Assembly: GCF_001194135.2 (NCBI RefSeq)
Contig: NC_068981.1
Span: 102,350,649 to 102,412,754, forward strand
Origin: Octopus bimaculoides
Lineage: Eukaryota
Length of the DNA: 62,106 nt
Direction of reading: 5' to 3'
The position numbers and the translations under genes are program-made. The notes below the pieces were generated by a model. It did no database searches, was not told where the DNA came from, and saw nothing but the letters and a program-made list of their open reading frames with translations. Shown here in pieces: positions 60,640-62,106 of this stretch; position 1 is the stretch's first letter; every line of letters starts with the position of its first letter.

Positions 60640-61713
60640 CTGACAAAAAAAAAGTTTCTATGTAGTCACTTGACATGCTAGTAAGAGCAGTTAAATCAAC
60701 CTCAAATAACTTCCTTACTATCTTCAAAGCCACAGGGACACACATTGGATAATATTAGCTTAGATATATAAACTGTCTGAAAAAAATAACATCAGAAAAA
60801 AAAAAGGAAAAAAAGATGAGACAAGGTCAGTGGCTTCAGTACTTTTATTGCAGGTTTGTTCAGTCAGTCCCAACCCGGGAAGGACTTATCAACAACAACA
60901 CCAACGGCAGCAACAACAACAGAAAAGCAAAAATTGCAACATAAAAAAAATCTAACAAAGCAACAGCAACATGAAAAACTATGACAACAATAGCAGCAAC
61001 AACTATAACAACACAACGTCTACTATAGAATTGCCAATGCTTTTTTTGTGTCACTTCTCTCTGATGTTCTATTCTGTAAGTGGAAGATAAATGATGATAG
61101 CAACTACAATTGACAAGAAACAGATGGAAGTAAAAAGCAGACCAGGTTTTCTATGTATGTCAGCAGCATAGAGGCTAAGAAAGAAGATAGAAGTTAACCA
61201 GAAAATCATTGATCAGTTCAATGAAATATATTTCAATGTCAGTTCAAATAGATGTTGTATATGCTTTGCATGGATTTATTTAATACAAACACACATGCAT
61301 GCACACACACACACACACATACAAACACACACAAGCTCATATACACAGCCACAGACACACGTGTACCATACAATAACAACACATCTTACATAAATACAAA
61401 TATAGACTATGTATATGAATGTGTCTTCTACCTCATCTTCAAAATGCCTAGTTTAGAATAGAGGCAGCTGATGAAGGAAAAGTTCTATATGTGGCTTGTC
61501 TGTTTTCCTATGTATTCATTCTGTTGTCCATAAAAAAGAGTCCGTTTTTTTGTGCTTTGTTTATGTTCCCATTCCCTTTTTGTCCACGTTTTTTTTTGAC
61601 GTCCTGTACCTGGATATGCATCTATATACACATGTAGATATGTAGATGTAGGTATGTACATATATGTATGTACACATGCAAATGCTCATATATCATTTGT
61701 ATTATTATTATAT

Positions 61714-62106
61714 CATCATCATCATCATCGTTTAACGTCCGCTTTCCATGCTAGCATGGGTTGGACGATTTGACTGAGGACTGGTGAAACCGGATGGCAA
61801 CACCAGGCTCCAGTCTGATTTGGCAGAGTTTCTACAGCTGGATGCCCTTCCTAACGCCAACCACTCAGAGAGTGTAGTGGGTGCTTTTACGTGTCACCCG
61901 CACGAAAACGGCCACGCTCGAAATGGTGTCTTTTATGTGCCACCCGCACAAGCCAGTCCAGGGGCACTGGCAACGATCTCGCTCGAAAATCCTACAGGAG
62001 CCAGTCAGGCGGTACTGGCAACGGCCACGCTCAAAATGGTGCATCTCATGTGCCACCCGCACAAGAACCAGTCCAGGGGCACTGGCAACGATCTTACTTG
62101 GCTTGC
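61714..62106 (-). mobile_element. SINE family C, young, with internal tandem repeats, running off the window
   Basis: CpG-rich copy; the gtgccacccgcacaa..ggggcactggcaacgatct unit is repeated. Confidence 0.92.

Overview
This is eukaryotic, AT-rich, repeat-saturated scaffold DNA with 12 N-gaps, most of them beside (TA)n tracts. The SINE families and microsatellite load look like an octopus (coleoid cephalopod) genome; that assignment is from recall, not from a search. There are no prokaryotic features, no CRISPR array and no intact long gene, and most of the supplied ORF track is microsatellite artefact (IY, CV, HT, RE, M/D runs). Supported content is (1) dozens of tRNA-headed SINEs from at least five families, (2) decayed RTE-clade and R4/Dong-clade LINEs, and (3) mariner, DD37D maT-like, Tc1-, hAT- and piggyBac-type DNA transposon relics and MITEs, several nested with readable TSDs. 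There may also be scattered small exons of an unidentified minus-strand host gene (low confidence). The main discovery is a dense set of minimal type I hammerhead ribozyme (HHR) motifs in Penelope-like LTR relics. Six have complete cores (9.7, 16.4, 17.4, 24.4, 24.9 and 26.7 kb), two have matching dead cores (32.5 kb), and several more are decayed. Each family has its own palindromic helix III and an unusual non-Watson-Crick pair at the base of helix II. Several sit inside long fold-back or ambisense inverted repeats. All folds were done by eye; none was computed or tested.
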